Shown here: positions 56,706 to 64,000 of the stretch, piece by piece | Layout of the letters: every line of letters begins with the position of its first letter | Position numbering within the stretch: the first letter of the stretch is position 1 | Assembly (NCBI GenBank): GCA_965204725.1 | Contig: OZ242005.1 | Location: 5,280,001-5,344,000, forward strand | DNA length: 64,000 bases | Source of the DNA: Candidatus Latescibacterota bacterium | Lineage (GTDB): Bacteria > Latescibacterota > UBA2968 > UBA8231 | Reading direction: 5' to 3' | Position numbers and translations under genes: made by a program | The notes under the pieces: model-generated | Told to the model about the DNA's origin: nothing | Seen by the model: the letters and a program-made list of their open reading frames with translations, nothing else | Database searches by the model: none

Positions 56706-59700
56706 CTAGTAGGCCACGGCGATAACCCGCGCTTGCGTCGTTGGGACCCCGGTGGCGTCGGCGTCGAGCCGGACTTGGCACAGATACAGCCCGGGCGGCA
56801 CCCGGCGGCCCCGGTCATCGACGCCATCCCAACGCACCGCGGTGCGGCCGCTCAACACCATCTCCTCGCGCTGCCAAATCCGCCGCCCATTGAGCGCGTA
56901 AATCCGCACTTGGAGGCGGCGACTCGACGTCAGCTTGAAGATCTCTAGCGAGATTTCAGCCGCGTCGTTGATCCCATCGCCGTTGGGGGTAAAGGGGTTG
57001 GGACCGACGGCGAGGCCATGGACCAGCCCGTCGTCGATGGGGACGTTGATCGAGAGCGTGTTGCTGGCGACGCCTTCGTCGGCGTTACCCGCTTCAACCG
57101 CCTGCCACGCCACCTCGGCGTTGGCGGTTGCCGCGTGGCGCACGAACAGGCGCAAAGTAGTGCCGTTGAGAAAGACCGGGGCCGAAAGGCGCATGCGAAA
57201 GCGCGGACCCGGCCCGGCGACGAGGCCGCGCTTCGTCGCGGAGAGGCGGTTGTACGCGACCAAGTCGAGCGAGTCGCCGAGCGCATTAAAGGGGAACTGG
57301 GCGCCGTCGCCGCGCAGAATGCGGAAGTAGCGGATCGGGCCTTGCTCCGCGCTGGGCAGGTCTTGGTAGCTCGTTTGGTCAATTTCGCTGAGCCGGTCGC
57401 CGGTGCGGCGAAAGTAGCGGATGGTGCCGCGCTCGTCTTCGTCGAGGGTGCCATAGGCCGCGGCCGTAAGCGGCAAGCCGCCTTGCGTAACGGGCACCTC
57501 TTCGCCTTCGAGGGCAATGCGATGGTACGTGCGGCCGGCGGCCGGCAGGATGTTGAGCGCGTCGTCTAGGCGCACCCAGATCGAGTCGCCGCCATTGGCC
57601 AACAGCGCGATTTGCGCTTGATCGCTGGCCGCGAGCACGCCGCCCTCGGCGGGGCGAAAGACTTGTTCGCCGTCTGGGCCGCTGAGGCCAAACTCCACGA
57701 GTTCGAGCTGGTCCGAGGCCGGCATGGTCAGCAGGATTTCGTTGAAGCCCGTGCTGCGCGAGGCGGCGGGCGACTCAATGAAGTAGGGCTGGGCAAACAC
57801 GTCAAAGGTCTCCCGCACCCCGGAGGCCGCCACCGAGGCCGGCCACAACTCGGCCGCGATGCGCTCGGCCACGGGATGGAGCAGCTCGACGGAGAGCGAG
57901 CGGATCGATGCGGCCGCCTCGCGGTCGGTGGTGATCATCTCAACTTGGAACTGCATGTACTTGCGTAGGCCGGGGGAGGTGACCATGTCGCCGGGCTGCT
58001 GATAGGCGCGGCTCCAAGGGCTCCAGCCGCTGGTGGGTACGAAGGAGGTGTCGGCTGGCCCCTTGAAGCTGCCCAAGAGGTTTTTCCAAGCGTCATAGGC
58101 GATTTCGTTGCCCGTTTTGTCGTAGTAGCGCACGACCTTGCCCAGCAAGTCGCCGGTGCGGGTGCGGACGGCGACGGTCGTGCCCGGGGGCGTCTCGGCC
58201 TCCCAAGCGATGGCCCCAAAGTTGCGCACCCCCGGCAGCGCGATCAGATCGGAAGTCAGTTCGACTTGCGCTGGGTAGCCGGTGGAAAAAAGCTGGTACT
58301 CGGCAATGGTCGGCCCCGTGTTGTAGCCACCCCGGCGGCGCGGATCCGCCGAGAGGATGCTCACCTCGAGGAAGCGGAGCTTGGGGCTGGGGGTATAGGT
58401 ATCGACGATGTGCTCAAAGCGGTCGGTGCTATTGTCCTCGCGGGCGCGGGGGCTGAGACGCGCCCACTTAATTTTGCCGCGCGTGTCGCGCGAGCCGTCG
58501 GAGCCGCGGATTAAGTAGCCGTCGATAAAAGGCTGGGGCCGGGCCGAGGAAATCCGCATGGCGTCGAGCCAAAACGACGCGCCCATGTCCACGGTGAGCA
58601 CGCCGCGGTCGATGGTCGGCGACCAAACGAGGTGTAGGAAGCTGGTGTTGAAATCCGCGTCAAACGCCGGCCCCGGCAGAAAGCCATCGCCGGTCAGGTC
58701 GAGATGGCCGCCGCCGGCCACTAAGCCGCTGCTGATGTTGTCGCCAAACCCGTACACCTCAATTCCGGCTAGGCGCGGCCGCTCGCGCCGGTAGTAATCG
58801 AGGCGGCCTTGGCGCTGGGCATCGAGGCTTTCATAGACCGCACGCTCGACCGGCTCTTCAAAGCCTTGTTCGTCGCGGATGAAATAGACGATCGCGCCGC
58901 GCTCGTCGGCTGGCAGGGCCTGCCATCCCGCTTCGCCGATGAGCTCGCCGCGCTCGCCGCGCGTATCGCTGACCACGATGCGGATGGTCTGGACCATTTT
59001 GCCCCGCCAATCGGCGTCGGCGTCGAGCTGTTCGAGGCCAATGCGGAAGGTGCGTTGGTCGCGATTGGGGGCCTTGGTGTTGGCGACTCGTTCAAAGGTG
59101 ATTTTGTCGGCGTTTTCCCACACCGGCTCTTGGTCGGGCGCGGCGAGGACGCGGAACTGGAAGAAGGGGTCGCCCAACTCCTCTGCGACGAAGTGAATGA
59201 CGAGGGAATCGACCGCCACGACGCGGCCCAAGTCCATTTCGATCCACCAGTCGTCCAACGACGCCTGCGGGTCGGGCTCCCAGAAAGTGGTCGGGTCGTC
59301 ATCGAGGATGTGGGCAGCCGCGGCCGCGTTTGAGCCAACGCGGCTGATGCCCGGGCGAAAGAAATAGGAGTAGATGGGGTTGCCCTTGCGGTCGAGGATG
59401 ACTTCGCCTTTTACGTCGCGGGTCTGGGTGCTGTCGATGTTGAGGATGGCGGTCTGATTGCGGCGGCGACGCAGCTCGGGGATGGGGCGCGTGAAGGTCG
59501 CTAGATCGTCGAGCAGGTTGAAGTGGGCGCGAAAAAAGTGCGGCTCAACCACACCATCCGGCGACACCTTCACGGCATGGGTCGGCAACTGCCAATTCTG
59601 CCAGTGCGCGGCCCGGTTGACTTGGACGGAGCGGCTGGTGACGCGGTGGCCCTTTTGGGCGTGGACTGCGACCAGCGGCGTTGAGCAAAGGACGAGAAAC

Positions 59701-59714
59701 GCTAGGAGCCTCAT
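56706..59714 (-). CDS. Large secreted protein with two discoidin-like domains and FlgD-Ig CTD
   Basis: Start MRLLAFLVLC (ATGA overlap); VHA|QKGHRV..HWQNW as in 2977..5550; FTPNGDGIND..WDGVD; ends IAVAY. Confidence 0.8.
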   Translation of the reverse strand: MRLLAFLVLCSTPLVAVHAQKGHRVTSRSVQVNRAAHWQNWQLPTHAVKVSPDGVVEPHFFRAHFNLLDDLATFTRPIPELRRRRNQTAILNIDSTQTRDVKGEVILDRKGNPIYSYFFRPGISRVGSNAAAAAHILDDDPTTFWEPDPQASLDDWWIEMDLGRVVAVDSLVIHFVAEELGDPFFQFRVLAAPDQEPVWENADKITFERVANTKAPNRDQRTFRIGLEQLDADADWRGKMVQTIRIVVSDTRGERGELIGEAGWQALPADERGAIVYFIRDEQGFEEPVERAVYESLDAQRQGRLDYYRRERPRLAGIEVYGFGDNISSGLVAGGGHLDLTGDGFLPGPAFDADFNTSFLHLVWSPTIDRGVLTVDMGASFWLDAMRISSARPQPFIDGYLIRGSDGSRDTRGKIKWARLSPRAREDNSTDRFEHIVDTYTPSPKLRFLEVSILSADPRRRGGYNTGPTIAEYQLFSTGYPAQVELTSDLIALPGVRNFGAIAWEAETPPGTTVAVRTRTGDLLGKVVRYYDKTGNEIAYDAWKNLLGSFKGPADTSFVPTSGWSPWSRAYQQPGDMVTSPGLRKYMQFQVEMITTDREAAASIRSLSVELLHPVAERIAAELWPASVAASGVRETFDVFAQPYFIESPAASRSTGFNEILLTMPASDQLELVEFGLSGPDGEQVFRPAEGGVLAASDQAQIALLANGGDSIWVRLDDALNILPAAGRTYHRIALEGEEVPVTQGGLPLTAAAYGTLDEDERGTIRYFRRTGDRLSEIDQTSYQDLPSAEQGPIRYFRILRGDGAQFPFNALGDSLDLVAYNRLSATKRGLVAGPGPRFRMRLSAPVFLNGTTLRLFVRHAATANAEVAWQAVEAGNADEGVASNTLSINVPIDDGLVHGLAVGPNPFTPNGDGINDAAEISLEIFKLTSSRRLQVRIYALNGRRIWQREEMVLSGRTAVRWDGVDDRGRRVPPGLYLCQVRLDADATGVPTTQARVIAVAY

Positions 59715-62002
59715 GGTGCCCTCCTGAGAATCCGGTAGGTCGCCTCGCCTTGGGCGATGCGGATGCGGCAATCGACGGGCAGGTCAAAAAAGCGCTGGGG
59801 GGGCTGACCGGGCCAGAGCACGTGCAGGCTATCGACGCGGGTCGCCGCCCCCAGCCCGAGGTGCAAAAGCGGCTCGTTGCTGCTGCCGAAGCCAAAGCCG
59901 CTCTGGCGCTGGGCGCGGATGGCGCGGCCGGAGGCAAAGGCGGCGACGTGCGCGCCGAGCGCACTGCGATTGGCCTCGGTACCCACCAGCTCAATGGATA
60001 GATAGTGCTGCGCCGGGCCGTCGTTGCGATAGAGCGCGTTGTCCCAAGTGTCGGCGTCGTAGTGCCCGCCCAAGCCAGCGTACAGGTCCAAGTCGCCGTC
60101 TTGATCGAAGTCGGCGAAGGTGGCCCCGTGGCCCTTGCCGAGGCTGCCGGTGCCGGCCGGGACCGTAATATCGGCAAAGGTGCCGTCGCCCAAGTTGCGG
60201 AAGAGCGCGTTGGGTTCGAGGCGGGCCATTTGCGGGCCGCCGTTGGCGAGGTAAATATCGACGAAGCCGTCGTTGTCTATATCGCCCACGCCCGCGCCCA
60301 TACTGCCGAAAGAGCGCTTGAGGCCGGCCGCGACCGCGATGTCGGCAAAGGTGCCGTCACCCAAGTTGCGATAGAGAAAGGGCCGGTTCGGCTCAATGGC
60401 CTCACCGGTGACCATGCTGTTGAGGACATCGGGAAAGGCGCTCATAGTGGAAGCAAATAGGTCGAGATGCCCATCGTTGTCAAGGTCGAAAAAGAACGCC
60501 ACATACCCGCCTTCCACCGGAAAGAGCACGCCGGCGCGCTCGGCCACATCGGCCCAAGTGTCGTCGCCGAGGTTGCGATAGAGGCGGTTGAACTGGCCGA
60601 TGTTGACCGCGTACAAGTCGGTCCAGCCATCGCCGTCAAAGTCGCCCGCGGTCGTGCCAATGGTCTGGCCCGAGTCGGCGACCGCGGCCGCCGCGGCCAC
60701 GTTGAGGAACGCGCCGTTTTTCTGGTTGTGCAGGAGGGCGTTTGGCTCGCCCGAACCCGTGACGCCGTTGGCCACGTACAAATCGAGGTAGCCATCGCGG
60801 TCGAAATCGAGCCACGCGACCGTAAAGCTATCGCTGGAGTCGGCCAGGCCCGCGGCGCGACCCACGTCGAGGAATGCGCCCGCGTCGTTTCTGTACAATG
60901 AGTTGGGGGCGCGGCCCTCCCAAGCGTCGCGGCTGACGAAGAGGTCGTCGTCCCCGTCGTTGTCAAAGTCCGCGGCCGCCGCGGCCCAACCGCCACGCGC
61001 ATCGGCCAGCCCGGCCGCTTGGGCGACCGCGCGAAACTGGCCGCGGTCGTTGCGGTACAGCGCGTGCTCGGCTTGGATGCCAACGCTGAAGAGATCGAAG
61101 TCGCCATCGCCGTCAAAGTCGAGCCACGCGCTGCCACGGCCGCGATCGTTCTTGGCCACGCCGACGCGGGCGGCCACATCGACAAAGCGCACGTCGGTCG
61201 CTACGGGCCTAGAGGGGTGCTGGGGAAAGCGATAGCGCGGCTCCAGCGCGGGTGCCGCGTCGCCCTGTCGCTCGTGGGTCAGCTTGAGCAGCCACAGGGC
61301 CTCTAGCCGGTCGAGCGACTCCAACAAATCAACCGCTCTTTCGAGCCAAGGCCGGGCGCGGCCGTCGCCCGCCCAGAAGGCCGCTGTGCCCGCCAAGAGA
61401 TAGGCGCGGCCATCGTCTGGATAGGCATTCAGCAACGAGCGGCTGCGCTCCAAGGCTGCGGGAAAGCGGCCGAGGCGCAGCGTGGCTTGGAGCAAGAGGT
61501 AATGCGCGTCGCGGCGCTGAGGTTGGGCCGCCAGCGCTTGGCTGCACAGGGCCGTGGCACGTTCGAGGTTCATGGTCGCGGCGGCCTGCAAGTACAGCTC
61601 GGCCAGCAGCAGGCGGCCGTCGAGCGAGTGGGGATATTGGTCGAGGATTTCATTGACGGCGAGTTCGGCTTCGCGGGCAAAACCGCCAAACGCGAGGAGA
61701 CGCGCTTCGAGGAGGCGGGCTTCGGGGCGCTGGCGCGCCGGCACCGGCAGATCGTCGAGCAGGCGGCCCGCCCGCTGCCACCGGCCTTGGCGGAGCAGGG
61801 CTTCGCCGCGGCGGATTTGGGCAATCGAGCTGTCGGGTGCCAAGCGGACGACGCGCTTGAAGCGATCGGCCGCCTCGGAGAACCGCCCTTGGTGCAGCAG
61901 GCTCAGGGCCTCGGCATAGACGCGGTCGCTTTCGGCCTCGGGCGGGGCTTGGCAGCCGATGCAAAGGCCGGCCAAAAACAGGGCGCGGAAGCGACCCATC
62001 AC
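59711..62002 (-). CDS. TPR + CRTAC1-family (FG-GAP/ASPIC-UnbV) lipoprotein
   Basis: CIGC lipobox; N-terminal TPRs; DFDxDGxxDL repeats; ANRSALGAHV..LHLGLG..VLWP. Confidence 0.88.
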   Translation of the reverse strand: MMGRFRALFLAGLCIGCQAPPEAESDRVYAEALSLLHQGRFSEAADRFKRVVRLAPDSSIAQIRRGEALLRQGRWQRAGRLLDDLPVPARQRPEARLLEARLLAFGGFAREAELAVNEILDQYPHSLDGRLLLAELYLQAAATMNLERATALCSQALAAQPQRRDAHYLLLQATLRLGRFPAALERSRSLLNAYPDDGRAYLLAGTAAFWAGDGRARPWLERAVDLLESLDRLEALWLLKLTHERQGDAAPALEPRYRFPQHPSRPVATDVRFVDVAARVGVAKNDRGRGSAWLDFDGDGDFDLFSVGIQAEHALYRNDRGQFRAVAQAAGLADARGGWAAAAADFDNDGDDDLFVSRDAWEGRAPNSLYRNDAGAFLDVGRAAGLADSSDSFTVAWLDFDRDGYLDLYVANGVTGSGEPNALLHNQKNGAFLNVAAAAAVADSGQTIGTTAGDFDGDGWTDLYAVNIGQFNRLYRNLGDDTWADVAERAGVLFPVEGGYVAFFFDLDNDGHLDLFASTMSAFPDVLNSMVTGEAIEPNRPFLYRNLGDGTFADIAVAAGLKRSFGSMGAGVGDIDNDGFVDIYLANGGPQMARLEPNALFRNLGDGTFADITVPAGTGSLGKGHGATFADFDQDGDLDLYAGLGGHYDADTWDNALYRNDGPAQHYLSIELVGTEANRSALGAHVAAFASGRAIRAQRQSGFGFGSSNEPLLHLGLGAATRVDSLHVLWPGQPPQRFFDLPVDCRIRIAQGEATYRILRRAP

Positions 62003-63447
62003 GGCCCTTGGTCCAGTTCGCCCAGCTTGGCCCGGGCGCGTTGGTGATCCGGGGCGAGGGCGAGCACCTTTTGCAAGGCTTGCCGCGCTTGGTCCCGCTG
62101 CCCTTGCTGCACGAGGATCAGCGCCAACCCGTAGTGCGATTCCGCGTGGTCTGGATCGAGGGCAATGCTGCGGGCGAAATGGGCGCGGGCATCGCGGTAG
62201 CTCGCTTGGCGGATGTAAGCCAGCCCGAGGACATAGTGGGCGTCGCGGTGGTCGGGATCACGGGCGAGGGCTTGGCGCAACGCGGCGACAGCCCCGGCAA
62301 AATCGCCGCGTTTGAAACGCGTTCGGCCCAAGCCATAGGCCGCGGCAAAGGAGTGGGGATCCAGTGCCAAGGCGCGGCCAAAGTGCGCGGTGGCTTCCTC
62401 GAGTACACCCTCGTGCAAGTACAGGTCGCCCAACATGAGGCTGGCGTCGCGGTGGTTGGGATCGCGGGCGAGGACTTGCTCCAGCGCGGCGCGGGCGTCG
62501 GCAAAGCGCTTTTGCTGCGCGTACACAGTGGCGAGGCGCAGGCGAATATCGACCGAGGTCAAGTCGTTGGCGAGGGCGCGCTTTAGGGAGTCAATCGCCT
62601 TATCCCACGCGCCTTGGCGGATGTAAATGTTGCCTTGATTGAGGTGGCGCTCGGCCGCGCTCAATCGCTGGAAGCGGCCCTGCGCGGTGCGGGCGTCGTC
62701 CGGCCGGGCACACTCGGCGTAGGCTTGGGCGAGTAAGTAGTGGGGCGCGGGATTGTGGGGGGCCGCGGCCGCGACGCGCTTGAGCACGGGAATGGCCGCG
62801 GCGGGTTCCCCGAGGCGGATGAGCAGGTCGCCCAAGCCGAGGCCGCCTTGGACGTGGTCGGGATCGCGGGCGAGCAGCGCGACAAAACCTGTGCGCGCTT
62901 GGGACAACTGCTGGTCGCGCCGGAGGAGGTCGCTGTGGTAGTAGCGGGCCGCGAGGTGGTCCGGGGCGAGTTCAATGGTGCGTTTGAAGGCCGCCAGTGC
63001 CCCCGCAAAATCGCCGGTGGCGCGCCGCACCTCGCCCAGATAGAAGTGGTATTTGGGATGCTCGGGCGCGAGGGCGACGGCCTGCTCTAGATGGGTCGCC
63101 GCCTCTAGATAGCGGTGCTGGTCGCGCAGCACGGCGGCGAGGGCAAAGCGAGCGCGGGGCTGGCCGGGCTTCAGGGCCAAGGCGCGTTTGAAGGCCGCAA
63201 TGGCCAGCGACGGTTGATCGAGTTGGGCATGGGCTAGGCCCTTTTGAAAATGGGCGGTGCTCGACGCGGAATCGAGCGCCACGGCCTGCGCGAGCACCTC
63301 TAGGGCGCGGGCGGGCCGATCCTGTTGCAAGAAGAGCGTCCCGCGCTGGAGCAAGCGGCGGGCTTCTTCCGGGCGCGGCGCGTCCTGCGGGCTGGGCTGG
63401 TCGGCGCAGGCGAGCGCGGCCAAAATCAGCAACAGGCATGCGGTCAT
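61999..63447 (-). CDS. Tetratricopeptide-repeat lipoprotein
   Basis: ALAC lipobox; many LA.DP.H..AhyxLG units. Confidence 0.85.
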   Translation of the reverse strand: MTACLLLILAALACADQPSPQDAPRPEEARRLLQRGTLFLQQDRPARALEVLAQAVALDSASSTAHFQKGLAHAQLDQPSLAIAAFKRALALKPGQPRARFALAAVLRDQHRYLEAATHLEQAVALAPEHPKYHFYLGEVRRATGDFAGALAAFKRTIELAPDHLAARYYHSDLLRRDQQLSQARTGFVALLARDPDHVQGGLGLGDLLIRLGEPAAAIPVLKRVAAAAPHNPAPHYLLAQAYAECARPDDARTAQGRFQRLSAAERHLNQGNIYIRQGAWDKAIDSLKRALANDLTSVDIRLRLATVYAQQKRFADARAALEQVLARDPNHRDASLMLGDLYLHEGVLEEATAHFGRALALDPHSFAAAYGLGRTRFKRGDFAGAVAALRQALARDPDHRDAHYVLGLAYIRQASYRDARAHFARSIALDPDHAESHYGLALILVQQGQRDQARQALQKVLALAPDHQRARAKLGELDQGP

Positions 63448-64000
63448 TGGACCAGTGAGTCCGGTAGAGCGGCCTCAAGCGCTCGCTCGTCAATGTCAAC
63501 CCGGCTCTGATAGCGCTGGCGCAGGTCTTTGACGAAAGCGGTGAAGGCCGCATTTTCCCGCTCGCGGCGCAACAGCGCGTGGGCGCGGCGCTGGACCTGC
63601 TCGTACGGCTCGACCCGGCCGGGATTGCGCCCTTGGACGCGGAAAACGGAGTACCCGTCGCGGACCCGAATGGGGCCAACGAGCTGGCCCGGTTCGGCCG
63701 CATAGATCGCCGGGACTAGGCGCGGATAGAGCTTCTCGTCGCGTGGATGGAAGTGGAAGCGCGCTTGCGACTGGGCGGCTTGGGCGCGTACGCTGCGGTC
63801 GGCGAGCTCGGCAAAACTCGCGCCGGCCGCGAGTTGGTCGGCCAGCCGCTGGGCCTCGGCCGGGCTGGACGCGAGCAACTCTTCAACTTCGACGGACTCT
63901 TCGTGATAAAACATGTCGGGATGACTGTCGTAGTATTCCCACACCTCGGCGTCGGAGAGCATTTCGACGGCCGCGAAGCGGTTGCGCACGGCGTTGAGCA
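63444..64000 (-). CDS. PpiC-type foldase, C-terminal part (5' end outside the window), paralog of 22524..24233
   Basis: YYDSHPDMF..VEVEELL..GASFAELA..LVGPIRVRDGYSVFRV matches the second rotamase domain of 22524..24233. Confidence 0.8.
   Translation of the reverse strand, partial: LNAVRNRFAAVEMLSDAEVWEYYDSHPDMFYHEESVEVEELLASSPAEAQRLADQLAAGASFAELADRSVRAQAAQSQARFHFHPRDEKLYPRLVPAIYAAEPGQLVGPIRVRDGYSVFRVQGRNPGRVEPYEQVQRRAHALLRRERENAAFTAFVKDLRQRYQSRVDIDERALEAALPDSLVQ

Noticed and set aside
2977-59714. Flagellar hook-cap (flgD) genes
   Set aside because: Only the C-terminal Ig-like domain resembles FlgD; the proteins have Sec signals and no flagellar genes are present.
6037-63703. Numerous long overlapping alternative-frame ORFs (e.g. 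6037..7242, 23622..24764, 38486..39544, 51918..53354)
   Set aside because: Expected shadows in high-GC coding DNA; Arg/Gly/Ala-rich with no recognisable motifs.

Overview
GC-rich bacterial window, most consistent with an FCB-superphylum organism of the Latescibacterota/Poribacteria type (inference from protein families, not proven). About 50 kb forms two paralogous cell-envelope gene clusters (about 2.1-31.0 kb and 43.1-64.0 kb) built from the same parts list. (i) Nine secreted discoidin/F5-8-like plus Ig-like proteins, all with a C-terminal PNGDGxND...WDGRD FlgD-Ig/T9SS type-B-CTD-like domain and a terminal Tyr. (ii) Three paralogous ~890-980 aa predicted outer-membrane beta-barrels with acidic Ca-binding-like loops. 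(iii) Three CBM9/DOMON-like secreted proteins whose predicted mature N-terminus is His-x-Pro; two carry a TSVExxSWGxIK tail. (iv) PpiC-type foldases, TPR lipoproteins, CRTAC1/ASPIC-UnbV FG-GAP proteins, and three polytopic membrane enzymes fused to TPRs (GT-C, spermidine-synthase-like, His-rich). The ~12 kb spacer holds a peptide ABC transporter lacking ATPase genes, P-II, an AT-rich DUF262+HEPN putative defence pair, a class III aminotransferase, a divergent PurF, a creatininase-family protein, an 11-residue tandem-repeat coiled-coil protein, and a VapBC module flanked by a duplicated gene 3' end plus terminator. Two single-base frameshifts sit in short homopolymers and are probably sequencing errors. 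No rRNA, tRNA, CRISPR array, transposase or reverse transcriptase was seen. All calls are by eye; no searches were run.
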